A stretch of 64,000 bases of DNA from IMG/VR virus record IMGVR_UViG_3300021255_002056, positions 21,081 through 85,080 of that record, one strand, 5' to 3'. The DNA is from a virus (Duplodnaviria; Caudoviricetes). Below are positions 1-10,621 of the stretch, one piece after another. The translations under genes were made by a program, and so were the position numbers. Numbering within the stretch: the first letter of the stretch is position 1; every line of letters begins with the position of its first letter. The notes under the pieces were generated by a model that searched no databases, was not told where the DNA came from, and saw only the letters and a list, made by a program, of their open reading frames with translations.

Positions 1-37
1 TATTATTTACGATATTAGGTGTAAGCAATTAATGTTC

Positions 38-541
38 CTATTCATCATCGGATGATTCACTAGGTGCAACAACAGCTGTACCTACAACAGCTGTACCTAC
101 TACTGCGCTGTCGCCGGAATCTGATTTGCTATCTCCAGGAACAAAGCCCATAAGATCCTGATATGCTTCACCTGAGAAATGATTACCTACTTCATAGAAT
201 CTCTTAGTCAAAGATGTATCATTATACTCTAAAAATTGAAGAGTTTCTGTTTTCAGATCTTCATATTTCGTCATCGATGTGCCGTTACCTAAAGTAACAG
301 GAACTACTTCATCTAAGTACATTGCTAAGAATTCGTTATCAGTAACCGGTTTCTTAAACTCAGCGTCTTTGAATAAGAATGTGTTTCCGTCTTCTTCATA
401 GAAGTAAACGATCTGCGCCATTGCATGGACGTCATCTGTAAATTCATAAATCAGGCCTTTGAATTTGTCACGCATATCTAATGAAGTAGCTTCATTAAGC
501 ATTTCGCTAAAACTCTTACCTGTAATCGTGCTGTTTGCCAT
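38..541 (-). CDS. Hypothetical, probably virion-associated protein with C-terminal AVVGT repeats
   Basis: 167-aa ORF, GGAGG RBS upstream, ends ...SAVVGTAVVGTAVVAP; lies at the distal end of the tail cluster. Confidence 0.6.
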   Translation of the reverse strand: MANSTITGKSFSEMLNEATSLDMRDKFKGLIYEFTDDVHAMAQIVYFYEEDGNTFLFKDAEFKKPVTDNEFLAMYLDEVVPVTLGNGTSMTKYEDLKTETLQFLEYNDTSLTKRFYEVGNHFSGEAYQDLMGFVPGDSKSDSGDSAVVGTAVVGTAVVAPSESSDDE

Positions 542-569
542 ATAAATCCTCCTCTATTTTGATTTTTCA

Positions 570-653
570 CTATCCGATTGTAACGGTAGTGCCATAAGTA
601 TTAGCTGTCTCAACGTAAGGAATCGCTTCGACAGTAATTTGAGATAAATGAGT
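570..653 (-). pseudogene. Possible remnant of a minor tail protein 3' end
   Basis: Frame without ATG reads THLSQITVEAIPYVETANTYGTTVTIG-stop, resembling C-termini of small Firmicutes-phage tail proteins; upstream part looks unrelated and has an in-frame stop. Confidence 0.35.
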
Positions 654-880
654 CGTAATTAGAATAAAAAATGAGGAATTCGCTGTGTGCACTATTTTCC
701 GGATATGTGGAATAACCAGATCAGCAAGGTTTTACAGTTTTATCAGGCAAATATAAGCATGCTATACGCATTATTGTCACTATAAAAAGTAGACCTAAAA
801 ATGCTTTGCCATGATCCCATCCGAGAAAAATCTCTTATATGTAGGCCCAACCTCATTACCTTATTTACTTAAAGTCTTTT

Positions 881-1228
881 CTAACCGAACGATTTCGCAG
901 GATAGCCAGTTGGTGAATTGGCCATATAATCTTGTTCTCCAACAGTGACAATATATTCGTTAGAATCGCTGTACATTCCTACTGAATTCACAATAGTAAG
1001 TCTTGTCACGAATATGCCGGTGTTTACCTCTATGTTGGCAGCCATACCAACTAGCTTTCCACTCATTAAAGCGTTTTGAATTTCTTCCCATGTATGATTT
1101 AAAGTTCCATTTTCATCTTCAGTAAGGACTAATGAACCTCCAGCATTTGCGATTCCGTCTTCAATATGATTGAGTTTCTCTTCTGTGATTACATCACCTG
1201 TTGCCCATGTTTGTTTTTCGTAAGCCAT
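881..1228 (-). CDS. Small minor tail/fibre-like protein
   Basis: N-terminal MAYEKQTWATGDVITEEKLNHIEDGI motif common in phage tail-associated proteins; AAGGAG RBS. Confidence 0.6.
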   Translation of the reverse strand: MAYEKQTWATGDVITEEKLNHIEDGIANAGGSLVLTEDENGTLNHTWEEIQNALMSGKLVGMAANIEVNTGIFVTRLTIVNSVGMYSDSNEYIVTVGEQDYMANSPTGYPAKSFG

Positions 1229-1231
1229 TTT

Positions 1232-2359
1232 CTACTCCTTATAAGGTCTTTTGGTGTATCCAGTCTTACATACACCACATTCTTCGTTATTCTTAATCAA
1301 CTGAGCAGAAACCGGATCATTCTCCATATCTTCCCAAATATCATAAATATGATCTTCATCGTATTCATCATCATGAATTTGGTCAAAGAATTCTTTAATG
1401 CCCATTGCAGGAATAATACCAAGCATAGAGCCAGATCCCCATTTATCAGTAGAGATCATCGAGAACATTTCTGAAAGTACTTGCTCAGAAATATCATTCT
1501 CTATGCGTTTATAACACTTGTGATAGAACTTTTTGACGTATTCCCAGTTTTGTTTAGCGAATACAGGCTGTCTAGCAAGTGTCTCAATATAGTAATAATA
1601 AAGCTGGAGCATACATGACACGGTCCATTGTGTGGCAGCACCAGAGAATGGTTTCTGCCGCCTGACGTTTTCAATAGCGTAAATCATGTTGTCTGTCCAG
1701 CCGCATAAGCATTGGTCGTAAGCATACTGACCGTCGTTGATTCTAGTAATACTGTTTTCTTTATTATGCCAGTAGTACACAACGTCGGTGATGTAGCGTA
1801 CTTGTTCTCCAGGATTATCGCAAAGAAGCTTTACCCATGTATTGAATCCGGTATCTTCGTTTGCACGAGTTTCATTGAAATGGATTTTATAACGGTCGAT
1901 AAACTCTCTGCGATAAATTTTTCCGAACATCCAAACCATATCATTTCCATGTGGAAGCATCTGCTGAAGATTTTCTCCAAGTTGCATAAACACTGCGGAG
2001 CAGCATTTAATGCTTGGATCAGCCTTAATGCCCTCTCGCAGCGTTTCTAGTGCCAAAGCTCCGGCAAACGTATCATCGGCATCAATACAAGTAAAGAACT
2101 CATCCTCTGTGTTATCAATACCGTACTGCCTAGCGACACCTGGACCTCCATTTTCTTCAAGCTTAATTTCTTTAATACTCATGTATGGTTTAAACATTTT
2201 TACCAATGCCTGATAATCCCCGTTCGGGCAGCAGTCGTTAACGATCGTAACATCAAGATCATCTAAAATCGACTGCGCCGCGATTGAGGATAAAGTACGT
2301 AATAAAGTTCCCTGCGCCTTATACGCAGGAATGATAATATCGATTCTATTTTTCTTCAT
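1232..2359 (-). CDS. Glycosyltransferase family 2 (GT-A fold)
   Basis: IIIPAYKA start, IVNDCC, NGGPGVARQYG, DADD (DxD) motif, ANED acceptor motif. Confidence 0.9.
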   Translation of the reverse strand: MKKNRIDIIIPAYKAQGTLLRTLSSIAAQSILDDLDVTIVNDCCPNGDYQALVKMFKPYMSIKEIKLEENGGPGVARQYGIDNTEDEFFTCIDADDTFAGALALETLREGIKADPSIKCCSAVFMQLGENLQQMLPHGNDMVWMFGKIYRREFIDRYKIHFNETRANEDTGFNTWVKLLCDNPGEQVRYITDVVYYWHNKENSITRINDGQYAYDQCLCGWTDNMIYAIENVRRQKPFSGAATQWTVSCMLQLYYYYIETLARQPVFAKQNWEYVKKFYHKCYKRIENDISEQVLSEMFSMISTDKWGSGSMLGIIPAMGIKEFFDQIHDDEYDEDHIYDIWEDMENDPVSAQLIKNNEECGVCKTGYTKRPYKE

Positions 2360-2376
2360 GCGGGCTTCCTTTCTTT

Positions 2377-5300
2377 TTACAATCTGTAAATACGATACAA
2401 ATATATATTGTATTTTGCATTAAACCATCTGATGTTAAGTAAATTTGGAGTTAAAGAATTATCGAATTTTTCTTCATAATATACTATTTCGCCCATTAAG
2501 CTATTGTTTGGATATGCAATAGCATTACTAGCGTTCTTAATAGCATCTAACATTTGCGAATTTTTCGAATAAATATTTAATATTTTATTTGGATCATGAG
2601 AAATAAAGTAATTATAAAAATTACTATTCACAGCAGATGATGAATTATTAGGCAATGTTATATCCGTCATGTTAGTGCATCCAAAAAACATGTGATCTCC
2701 AAAATTACCGCAATAGTCAGAAATAAAAATATTTTGGCATAAATTTGAACACCCAAAAAACATTTCTCTTGCATCATTAATACCTGACGGTAAATAAATA
2801 TTCTGATTTAAAGCTTTACAATTTTTAAATGTACCAGCAAACGAGTAGTTCTTAGCATTTGGGAATACTATATTTTGATTTAAATTTACACAGTTTTCGA
2901 ACATATAAGGAGCCCAAACGGTGCCATTAGTATTTGATACTGATTGATTAAAAAAGTTAAAGATTACTTGCGAATTAAAATTTGTACAGTCAGATAATGC
3001 ATGATCAAAATTAAAGGCACTATAAGTAGGTTTATGTACCTCAAATTTAATAGGTACATTTAATTTTGTGCATCCTTTGAAAACATACATATATTGTGAC
3101 GCGTGATATGCGTTTATATTGTTGGTCATAAAACTTATTGGTGAATTAAGATTAATGCAATTGGCAAATGTGCTAACATATATTGCCTGTGAAGATGCTG
3201 TACTTTTTGGAATATTTAAAAATGATATTGGTTTGTTTAAACTTGAACAATTCTGAAATAATCTAGTAAAGTCTGTACAATTACATTCAAACAGAATATC
3301 TTGATCTAAATTTGAGCACCCATCAAATGCTGCTGCTATATTTCTCACATTACTTGGAATACGTATATTCTGATTTAATGCTATGCAGTTTGCGAACATA
3401 CCATATATTGAATATTTTTGCCCAGTATCAGGAAGTTTAATATTCTGATTTAGATTATAACAATTCGAGAACATCCATTGCATATCATTTGCATAAACTG
3501 GGATTTGAATATTCTGATTCAGATTATAGCAATGCGAGAACATGGAACATAAATTTACAGCATTATTTGGAAGATGAATATTTTGATCTAAACTATGGCA
3601 TCCATAGAACATTCTATAACTATTACGACCGTAAGAGGTATTTACAAAATCTGGTAATTGAATGTTTTGGTTAAATGAGTAACAATTTTCAAATATATAA
3701 TTTAAAGTTAAGCAATAATCATTTGGAAAAACAAAATTTTGGTTAAACGACTGGCAATTTAAAAAAGTATTTTGAAAGCTTACATTTTGCAGATGTGTTT
3801 GTGGAAAAACTACAGGCTGGTTAAAAGATATACACGAATTAAATAAACCATGATACCCCCACGTCGCATTTACCACACTAGGAATATTGATAGGCTGATC
3901 AAATGACGTGCACCCTGAAAATACAAGCATAAAATCATCAACAACTTCTTTGTTAAATATTATTGAGCTATTTAAATTCGAACAACCACTAAACATACCG
4001 GTAACACTTGAAGCATTAACAACAAACGGCTGGTTTAGAACACTGCAATTTCTAAACATATAATCTGCATCAACTATTCCATTTGGTATACTAATTGGCT
4101 GGTTTAAACTAGAACACCCGTCAAACATCGAATGGGAGTCGCTAGTCGCACTAGGAATTTGAATATTATAATTTAAACTTATACAGTTTTCAAATAAATA
4201 CGCTGTACTTGCGGTTGAAGGAATAAAAACATTTTGATTAAAATTCTTACAACCAGAAAAAATACCGACAAGATTTCCATGATTAGGTAGCTCTATATTA
4301 ATATTAAAATTATCGCAATTAGCATACATAAAAGAATAATCATTAACAGAAGTGCTATTTAGTAAAACGCTTTTAAAATTACAGTATTTACAATTTTTAT
4401 ATACGCGAGCTGCATTTATAATTTTTTTAGCGTTTTCATAATATGGTTCTTCTGAAATGCTAGTACCGCAAAATGCAGCATAAACAGAATCAATATTATC
4501 ATGTATATACGTATTTTGATTAAAATTACTGCAATCTAAAAACATAGAACTTATCGAATTAACATTCTTAGGTATTTCAATATTTTGATTTAAATTAGTG
4601 CAGCTTGAAAATAACGAAAAAACATTCGTTACTGAATCAGGAATTTTTATATTTTGATTAAAATTCGTGCAATTCCTAAAAGCGCCCCATATCGAATATC
4701 CATCAACATTATCTATTTCTGGAAAGCGTATATTTTGATTTAAATTTGAGCATTCGCTAAAAATTAAGGACAAAGTCAATCTTGATGCATGCATATACTC
4801 TGGAAAAATTAAATTCTGATTAAAATTTGTGCAACTATCAAACATTGACTGAAATGTTATTGTATTATTAGCAGATAAATGCTTTGGAAAAATAACGCTA
4901 CGATTAAAATTCCTACATCCGCCAAACATACCCTCTAACTGAACACTAGCATTAGAAGAAATATACTCTGGAAAAATAAAATTTTGATTAAATTGCGTAC
5001 ATTGGTCAAGTATTCTCAAAAATGAAACGTTATTTTCAGTAGATATATTTGCTCTAAATAATATTTCATTATTAAAAGAACTGCAACGCCAAAATGCACG
5101 TTCTGCGTTTTCTATTGGACCTAAAAAGTTTATTTCACTATTTAATTTTCCGCAATTATAAAACGCATTTGAAATACTATATACATTTTGCGGTATTTTC
5201 ACTGGTTTATTAAACTGCTGGCAATTATATAATAAATGTGAACAGTTTGTTACACTTTCAGGAAGGGTTATTTCACGATTAAAAGAGGCGCAACTAAATA

Positions 5301-5484
5301 CTTGAGCTTTTTTAGTGCCATTCGGAAATGCGATTCGTCCATTCCAATATGTACTATTAGTGATAAATACTAAATATTCGTTATTAGCTGGTACGTTATA
5401 TCCATAATTTCCGTTTACATCAAATATAATAGAGCATCTTAATCCATTTCCGGAATTTGATCCGAAATTTATTGCAAAACTCAT
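2377..5484 (-). CDS. BspA/DUF285-like Cys-containing leucine-rich repeat protein, putative adhesin
   Basis: Several dozen ~22-aa repeats of type MFxNCxxLNQNIxIPxxV over 1035 aa. Confidence 0.75.
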   Translation of the reverse strand: MSFAINFGSNSGNGLRCSIIFDVNGNYGYNVPANNEYLVFITNSTYWNGRIAFPNGTKKAQVFSCASFNREITLPESVTNCSHLLYNCQQFNKPVKIPQNVYSISNAFYNCGKLNSEINFLGPIENAERAFWRCSSFNNEILFRANISTENNVSFLRILDQCTQFNQNFIFPEYISSNASVQLEGMFGGCRNFNRSVIFPKHLSANNTITFQSMFDSCTNFNQNLIFPEYMHASRLTLSLIFSECSNLNQNIRFPEIDNVDGYSIWGAFRNCTNFNQNIKIPDSVTNVFSLFSSCTNLNQNIEIPKNVNSISSMFLDCSNFNQNTYIHDNIDSVYAAFCGTSISEEPYYENAKKIINAARVYKNCKYCNFKSVLLNSTSVNDYSFMYANCDNFNINIELPNHGNLVGIFSGCKNFNQNVFIPSTASTAYLFENCISLNYNIQIPSATSDSHSMFDGCSSLNQPISIPNGIVDADYMFRNCSVLNQPFVVNASSVTGMFSGCSNLNSSIIFNKEVVDDFMLVFSGCTSFDQPINIPSVVNATWGYHGLFNSCISFNQPVVFPQTHLQNVSFQNTFLNCQSFNQNFVFPNDYCLTLNYIFENCYSFNQNIQLPDFVNTSYGRNSYRMFYGCHSLDQNIHLPNNAVNLCSMFSHCYNLNQNIQIPVYANDMQWMFSNCYNLNQNIKLPDTGQKYSIYGMFANCIALNQNIRIPSNVRNIAAAFDGCSNLDQDILFECNCTDFTRLFQNCSSLNKPISFLNIPKSTASSQAIYVSTFANCINLNSPISFMTNNINAYHASQYMYVFKGCTKLNVPIKFEVHKPTYSAFNFDHALSDCTNFNSQVIFNFFNQSVSNTNGTVWAPYMFENCVNLNQNIVFPNAKNYSFAGTFKNCKALNQNIYLPSGINDAREMFFGCSNLCQNIFISDYCGNFGDHMFFGCTNMTDITLPNNSSSAVNSNFYNYFISHDPNKILNIYSKNSQMLDAIKNASNAIAYPNNSLMGEIVYYEEKFDNSLTPNLLNIRWFNAKYNIYLYRIYRL

Positions 5485-5500
5485 TTATACACCTCCTCTT

Positions 5501-8500
5501 CTATCCAAGAACAACATGGTATCCCTGAATAGTATCAGGAATTGTGAGAACTGATAAATTATCAGCTCGTATATTTGCAATATTTAAACCTGTGATTATC
5601 ATATTTTCGCCGCTAATCGTGTAATTTAAATATTTTAAATCTGGTTCCACAATTATGATACTGAAGAACGCAGTATATGTTGTGGCCTCTGTAATTGGTT
5701 CAAGACTAGGCTCCCAGCCTTGGAAGACACCTCCATTTATAGATTCAGGGGTCTCTCCTGCGTAAACAGGAATATCACCATATGGAACATCTTTTTGAAC
5801 ATATAGTGTTCCTCCGCCGTCATCATCGTGTCTAATAAATGTTGCATTATATGTGCGAACGGTTCTTCTATAAGCCGCATAAACAGATCTGTCTGTAGTT
5901 ACAAATCTAGTAGCTTCTGGATCGTTCTCATATTGATCCGGTAGTAAACTCCAGCCTATAAAATTATAAATATATTGCGCAGTTTGCGATCTACCTGGTC
6001 TATCACCATATCTGCCATGCGTACCATTTAAAATTTCCTCTGTATATAATAGTTGTGATCCATCATAATTGTAATAATACAAATTTGAAACTAATTTATC
6101 AGCATTAATAACAAGACCTGGATATCTAGATTTAATTTCAGCAAGCCAAGCACCTGTAATGGATCCTAAACCATTAATAGTTCCGTATACTTGAGCTTTA
6201 TCAACGTTGTTTCCGCTCTCATCAACACCCTTCATGGCATCCAATAAGTCACAGAACTGCTCGACTTCAGTTGTAGTACTCATGCTGAACGTAAATCCAA
6301 CTAGTCTAATTCTTGAATTAGCAGGAATTGCATGTAATATAGTCCAAATATCGACAACAGAACTTACGTTTTCGAGTCTCAGCGTTGTAATATTCGCGTA
6401 AGATGGCATTACAAATTCAGTAATCGCCTGTTGGTTCCTTATAGTCAGGTTTGTTATAGTACTAGGTAAATGCAGAACCTTTAAGACACCACCATTTGGA
6501 AGTGTTACTCCTGTCACAGAAGTTCCATCGAAATAAACATACTCAATATTGGAACAACCAGAAATATCAACCGCCTGAGTCAAATTTGGGCAGTTTCTAA
6601 CATCCAAAGTTTGCAACAGAACATTATTACCAAGAGTTAAGGTCTTAAGGTTTCCGTTTGTATATGAAGAAGAACTATCCCCTATTTTGAGATTCTGCAA
6701 TTTAGTAGCCATAGAAAAATCTGCAAAGCCTACTTTTAAGCCAGACAAATCTCCAACAGAAGAAATTTGCGATGCTGAATAAATATAAATTTCAGTATCA
6801 TTCAATGTATCGATTGGACATTCAAGAGTTGTGGCAACACCTCTTTGTCCTCTCTTCTGAACTAAATAGCTACCGTATTTAATTGACGGATAAATATCTG
6901 CATATGGTGTGACAGTAATATTATCCTTAGCATATCCTCTTACCTGAATTAAGTCAGAAAGAGCATCACCGGCATTAAACTTACTGTCCATATATCTAAA
7001 TCTGTTGTACAGCCACCATTTACGCTGTTCAGATTTAGAACCCTGAAGCATGTCCAAATAAGCACCTGTTCCATCATCAAATAATGGTTTCAGATACTTG
7101 AAGTATGAGTCTTCATTAAAAATTGCTTCTGGCCATTTATCTTGGTGATCCTCAAATCTCTGTTCAACATTAGCATAGCTAAGAATCGTACCAGATCTTA
7201 ATGACTGATACATCTGCTGAATCTGAATTGGGAATGAATCACGTAAATTACACCAAAGAACAGAATCCTGGCCATTAAATACATTTGCACCACCGGAGAG
7301 ATGGTCTGTATCTTCTAATGAATATCCGAATGCTAAAGAACCTTCGTTGTTAATACCAATAGCAGTATCCATATCATAAGGCTCTGCAACAGCTTTTCTA
7401 TCAATTACAGTAACCTTAGTCGGATCTGTATCTGCTCCTGAGAAACCAATAAACAAGTTCTTAGCTCTCGAGTCAACCATCAAGAATAATTCAGTAAACA
7501 GATAATAGAAAATAAACGAATCTACATCTGCATAATTACCAAATTCGTTCTTAAATTTAGCCAAACGATAATCTGCAGTATCATTTGTATACTCTACACC
7601 ATCATAAGTTACAGATGCTGGTAATCTATCTCCAGTTGCATTTTCTCTATATGTCGAATAAACAAAAGATTCAAGCTCCTGAAGTTTAGAATAATCGGTC
7701 CAACTGTCATTCGGGAACCTTGCTTCGTAGTCATATCTCCACTGTTCTTTTGATTCACCTGTACTAGGATCAAGTACCATGGTCTCGTCGAAGTAATCTG
7801 TCTTAAACAGCATCAGATTAGACGTGTTATTTTGAAATTCCCATGATTCCATATCTCCAGAGTATCCATAAGGACCTGGAGCACGTTTTGGTAAGTTAAA
7901 ATTATACTTACCCATGAACGTTAATTCATTTGTGTTTGTATTATTCCAGAATAAAACGATTGGGAAACCATAAATACCCCATCTTACTTTTGGATTAGTA
8001 AGCATCTCTCTTCTCTTTACAGGAGTAATATCATTGAAAAGCTTAACTAATTCAACATTATTAGCACCTTCTGAAGAAGCGACGTCTGCTTTTAATACAA
8101 ATCTATTAAATGGAACGATATTTTCAGCGAGTTCATAATTATCTGCATGCTCACCGTTAATATCAAATCCACTCTTGAATTGCAAGTCATAGTTCTTTCT
8201 TGCGTAAACTGCTGATGAAGTACCCTGTACATTGATCTGGCATGCACTGAACGAGAAAGACTTAACTGAATTTGCAGGATCTGTATAAGTTCCCGAAACC
8301 GTCTTTTTGTCTCCCTTATACTGAGGCAATTCGGCAGCATTAATGATCATATATGGTAAATCATTTGGCAGTTTACTTATAACTACCTGACCATATTCAT
8401 CATAAATATCATTGTGATGATAACGATAAAGCAGATCCTCAATGTCCTGAGAATCGGCAATCCAGTTATCAAGAATCTGATGTCTGGTTAAGTTGTTATC

Positions 8501-10618
8501 ATAAATACGGATATTATAAATATCAGTAGTGCAGTAATTAGATCCGATTGTAATACCGACAGGATCCATTTGCGAGAAGTCATCATCTGCTGGATACTGA
8601 ACTACACCGGACATAATTCCGTTTGTGTAAATATAAATAAGACGATTTTCGTTTCTCTTTTCAACTACGAAAGTGACACGAATATGCTCATCCTCTTTAT
8701 ACTGAGTAAATATTTCAGACTGTTCTGATCTTAAGAAAGCTCTCTGTGCTGTTAATTCAAAACCACGATTTCCTGAAAGACAAGACAAAATAACCGAATC
8801 GTAATCAAGAATATTTCTAGTTGCGAATTCAAGCTCTATTGTTTTACCTGTAGTTCTGAAGTCTTGCGCAAAAGCTTTATAAGGGATTGTAACTCTAGCA
8901 TCACCAGCAACTCTTAAAGCTGTGTATCCGTTAGAGTCATTTTTCCATCCATCAGATACAAAGTTAAAGCCTGTGAGCTGAGCTGAAATATCATTGTATT
9001 TCCAAATTGAAGGATCTTCTTCATTGTTAGATCTTCCTTGAGCTGTTAAATACAGCGATAAGTCATTTGTTTCAGCATGAACATCTATACCTGAATCTTC
9101 GACAGTTAAAGAGAACTCTTTCTCAACTTTACCAACAACAATCTTCATATCGAGTGGACCGATTTCATCTGGTCTATATAACCAAGTATGCTCGTTTCTA
9201 TCGACTGTTAGTGTTGTTACTAGCTCATCATTTGCATAAAACTGAGCTTGTGAAGTTAAACTATTTGCTGTATAAACTCTATACGGAATAGAAATCGTCT
9301 CGTATTGTCTAGCTGTTGTATCTCTGAATGTTGAAGTGATAATCGGAACTACTGAAGATCCATCAGAAACGATCAAATCATAGAATAATTCATTTGATCT
9401 GACTTCAGTTCCGTCAATTACACCTGTAAAATATACAAGTAATATATGAGATCCATGTGCTAAAGTGCCTAAATTCTGAGATTGCTGTCTTCCAGAAGTA
9501 GTTACAATAGCTTGAGCTTCATCGATACCGTCAATAACAAAGTGAACAGTCTTCTCAACATTTCCAGTTGGTGTGTAAGTATAAACCAAATATTCGTTCG
9601 AATTATACACAATAGATGGGTCAAATGATGAAGCTATTTTTAAATCTACAACTGTAACTGTAAATATAATACTTGAAGTATTGCCGTATACATCTGTTAA
9701 TGTGATACGAACCTTGTTTGAACCCATTCCAAGGTAGTCAGAGACATCAATATTCAGTAAACCCTGCGCAGCATCAGATGTATGCTTCACGATGTTATTC
9801 ACTCTTACAGTTAAAGTTCCATTTCCTGTAGGGACTTCATCTTCTGTAGATGACCATGTTACAGCAATTGAAACTTTTGCACCAGTAGAGACTGTTTTGC
9901 TTAACCAGCCAGAGGAGTTAGTGACTTTAATGACAGCATTATTGCCGCCACCGCCGCCTCCACCTCCTCCACCGCCGCCAATGCCGGTGATCTGGAAGAG
10001 CTCTTCATCATCATGCATAAAATAAGCTATGCCATCTTCGACGTAGCCCCTATTTACATAGTTAAGTAATTCAGTATTTAAGCTCTCAATATTTTGAGTA
10101 TTAGTTGTAATGTCGCTTGTTAAAGCATCAACCTGAGCAGTAACTGCTTTATTTTGAATAGGATTGGTTGATGTATCACTAAGATCAGTATCAACCTTAA
10201 CCGCGCCCTTCTTTGAGTCTGTTGCATCCGGAAGATACTTATCAAGAATCTGTACATCACCGGAACTGTCGCCAATGTACGGAACATGAACTTCAGTGTC
10301 ATTAGCGAATGTAATTCCTACATATCTTAATCCAGGATCTGAAGCTTTAGCAACTTTTACAACACCATATTTATTATTAAGTGCTGTCGGAATATCTACA
10401 GCTCGATCTGAATCAGGTGTTAATGTTACACCATTTATCTTGATAGATTCAATAGTGTTTACTTCTGATCCAGCTTCAATATTTGCAAGTTTTGTATGGT
10501 CGTTAATAATTGGAGTAATATTATACTTTCTGGCTTTAACACCATCATCGATGACCAAGAAATACTCACCAGATAATTCAGTAAGTAATTCAAGATCAGT
10601 TATTCGTTTATCGCTCAT
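5501..10618 (-). CDS. Giant tail-associated host-recognition protein (LamG-like, CotH-kinase-like, LRR, InlB-B-like repeats)
   Basis: 1705 aa; poly-Gly linker; GTSSAVYARKNY, VDSRAKN and PYDMDTA kinase-like motifs; LRR segment LQTLDVRNCPNL; C-terminal YNFIGWS / FQGWEP repeats. Confidence 0.7.
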   Translation of the reverse strand: MSDKRITDLELLTELSGEYFLVIDDGVKARKYNITPIINDHTKLANIEAGSEVNTIESIKINGVTLTPDSDRAVDIPTALNNKYGVVKVAKASDPGLRYVGITFANDTEVHVPYIGDSSGDVQILDKYLPDATDSKKGAVKVDTDLSDTSTNPIQNKAVTAQVDALTSDITTNTQNIESLNTELLNYVNRGYVEDGIAYFMHDDEELFQITGIGGGGGGGGGGGGNNAVIKVTNSSGWLSKTVSTGAKVSIAVTWSSTEDEVPTGNGTLTVRVNNIVKHTSDAAQGLLNIDVSDYLGMGSNKVRITLTDVYGNTSSIIFTVTVVDLKIASSFDPSIVYNSNEYLVYTYTPTGNVEKTVHFVIDGIDEAQAIVTTSGRQQSQNLGTLAHGSHILLVYFTGVIDGTEVRSNELFYDLIVSDGSSVVPIITSTFRDTTARQYETISIPYRVYTANSLTSQAQFYANDELVTTLTVDRNEHTWLYRPDEIGPLDMKIVVGKVEKEFSLTVEDSGIDVHAETNDLSLYLTAQGRSNNEEDPSIWKYNDISAQLTGFNFVSDGWKNDSNGYTALRVAGDARVTIPYKAFAQDFRTTGKTIELEFATRNILDYDSVILSCLSGNRGFELTAQRAFLRSEQSEIFTQYKEDEHIRVTFVVEKRNENRLIYIYTNGIMSGVVQYPADDDFSQMDPVGITIGSNYCTTDIYNIRIYDNNLTRHQILDNWIADSQDIEDLLYRYHHNDIYDEYGQVVISKLPNDLPYMIINAAELPQYKGDKKTVSGTYTDPANSVKSFSFSACQINVQGTSSAVYARKNYDLQFKSGFDINGEHADNYELAENIVPFNRFVLKADVASSEGANNVELVKLFNDITPVKRREMLTNPKVRWGIYGFPIVLFWNNTNTNELTFMGKYNFNLPKRAPGPYGYSGDMESWEFQNNTSNLMLFKTDYFDETMVLDPSTGESKEQWRYDYEARFPNDSWTDYSKLQELESFVYSTYRENATGDRLPASVTYDGVEYTNDTADYRLAKFKNEFGNYADVDSFIFYYLFTELFLMVDSRAKNLFIGFSGADTDPTKVTVIDRKAVAEPYDMDTAIGINNEGSLAFGYSLEDTDHLSGGANVFNGQDSVLWCNLRDSFPIQIQQMYQSLRSGTILSYANVEQRFEDHQDKWPEAIFNEDSYFKYLKPLFDDGTGAYLDMLQGSKSEQRKWWLYNRFRYMDSKFNAGDALSDLIQVRGYAKDNITVTPYADIYPSIKYGSYLVQKRGQRGVATTLECPIDTLNDTEIYIYSASQISSVGDLSGLKVGFADFSMATKLQNLKIGDSSSSYTNGNLKTLTLGNNVLLQTLDVRNCPNLTQAVDISGCSNIEYVYFDGTSVTGVTLPNGGVLKVLHLPSTITNLTIRNQQAITEFVMPSYANITTLRLENVSSVVDIWTILHAIPANSRIRLVGFTFSMSTTTEVEQFCDLLDAMKGVDESGNNVDKAQVYGTINGLGSITGAWLAEIKSRYPGLVINADKLVSNLYYYNYDGSQLLYTEEILNGTHGRYGDRPGRSQTAQYIYNFIGWSLLPDQYENDPEATRFVTTDRSVYAAYRRTVRTYNATFIRHDDDGGGTLYVQKDVPYGDIPVYAGETPESINGGVFQGWEPSLEPITEATTYTAFFSIIIVEPDLKYLNYTISGENMIITGLNIANIRADNLSVLTIPDTIQGYHVVLG

Positions 10619-10621
10619 GAA

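Noticed and set aside
9943-9982. C-rich tract (G-rich on the minus strand) as a G-quadruplex or regulatory element
   Set aside because: It encodes a poly-Gly linker in the giant tail protein.
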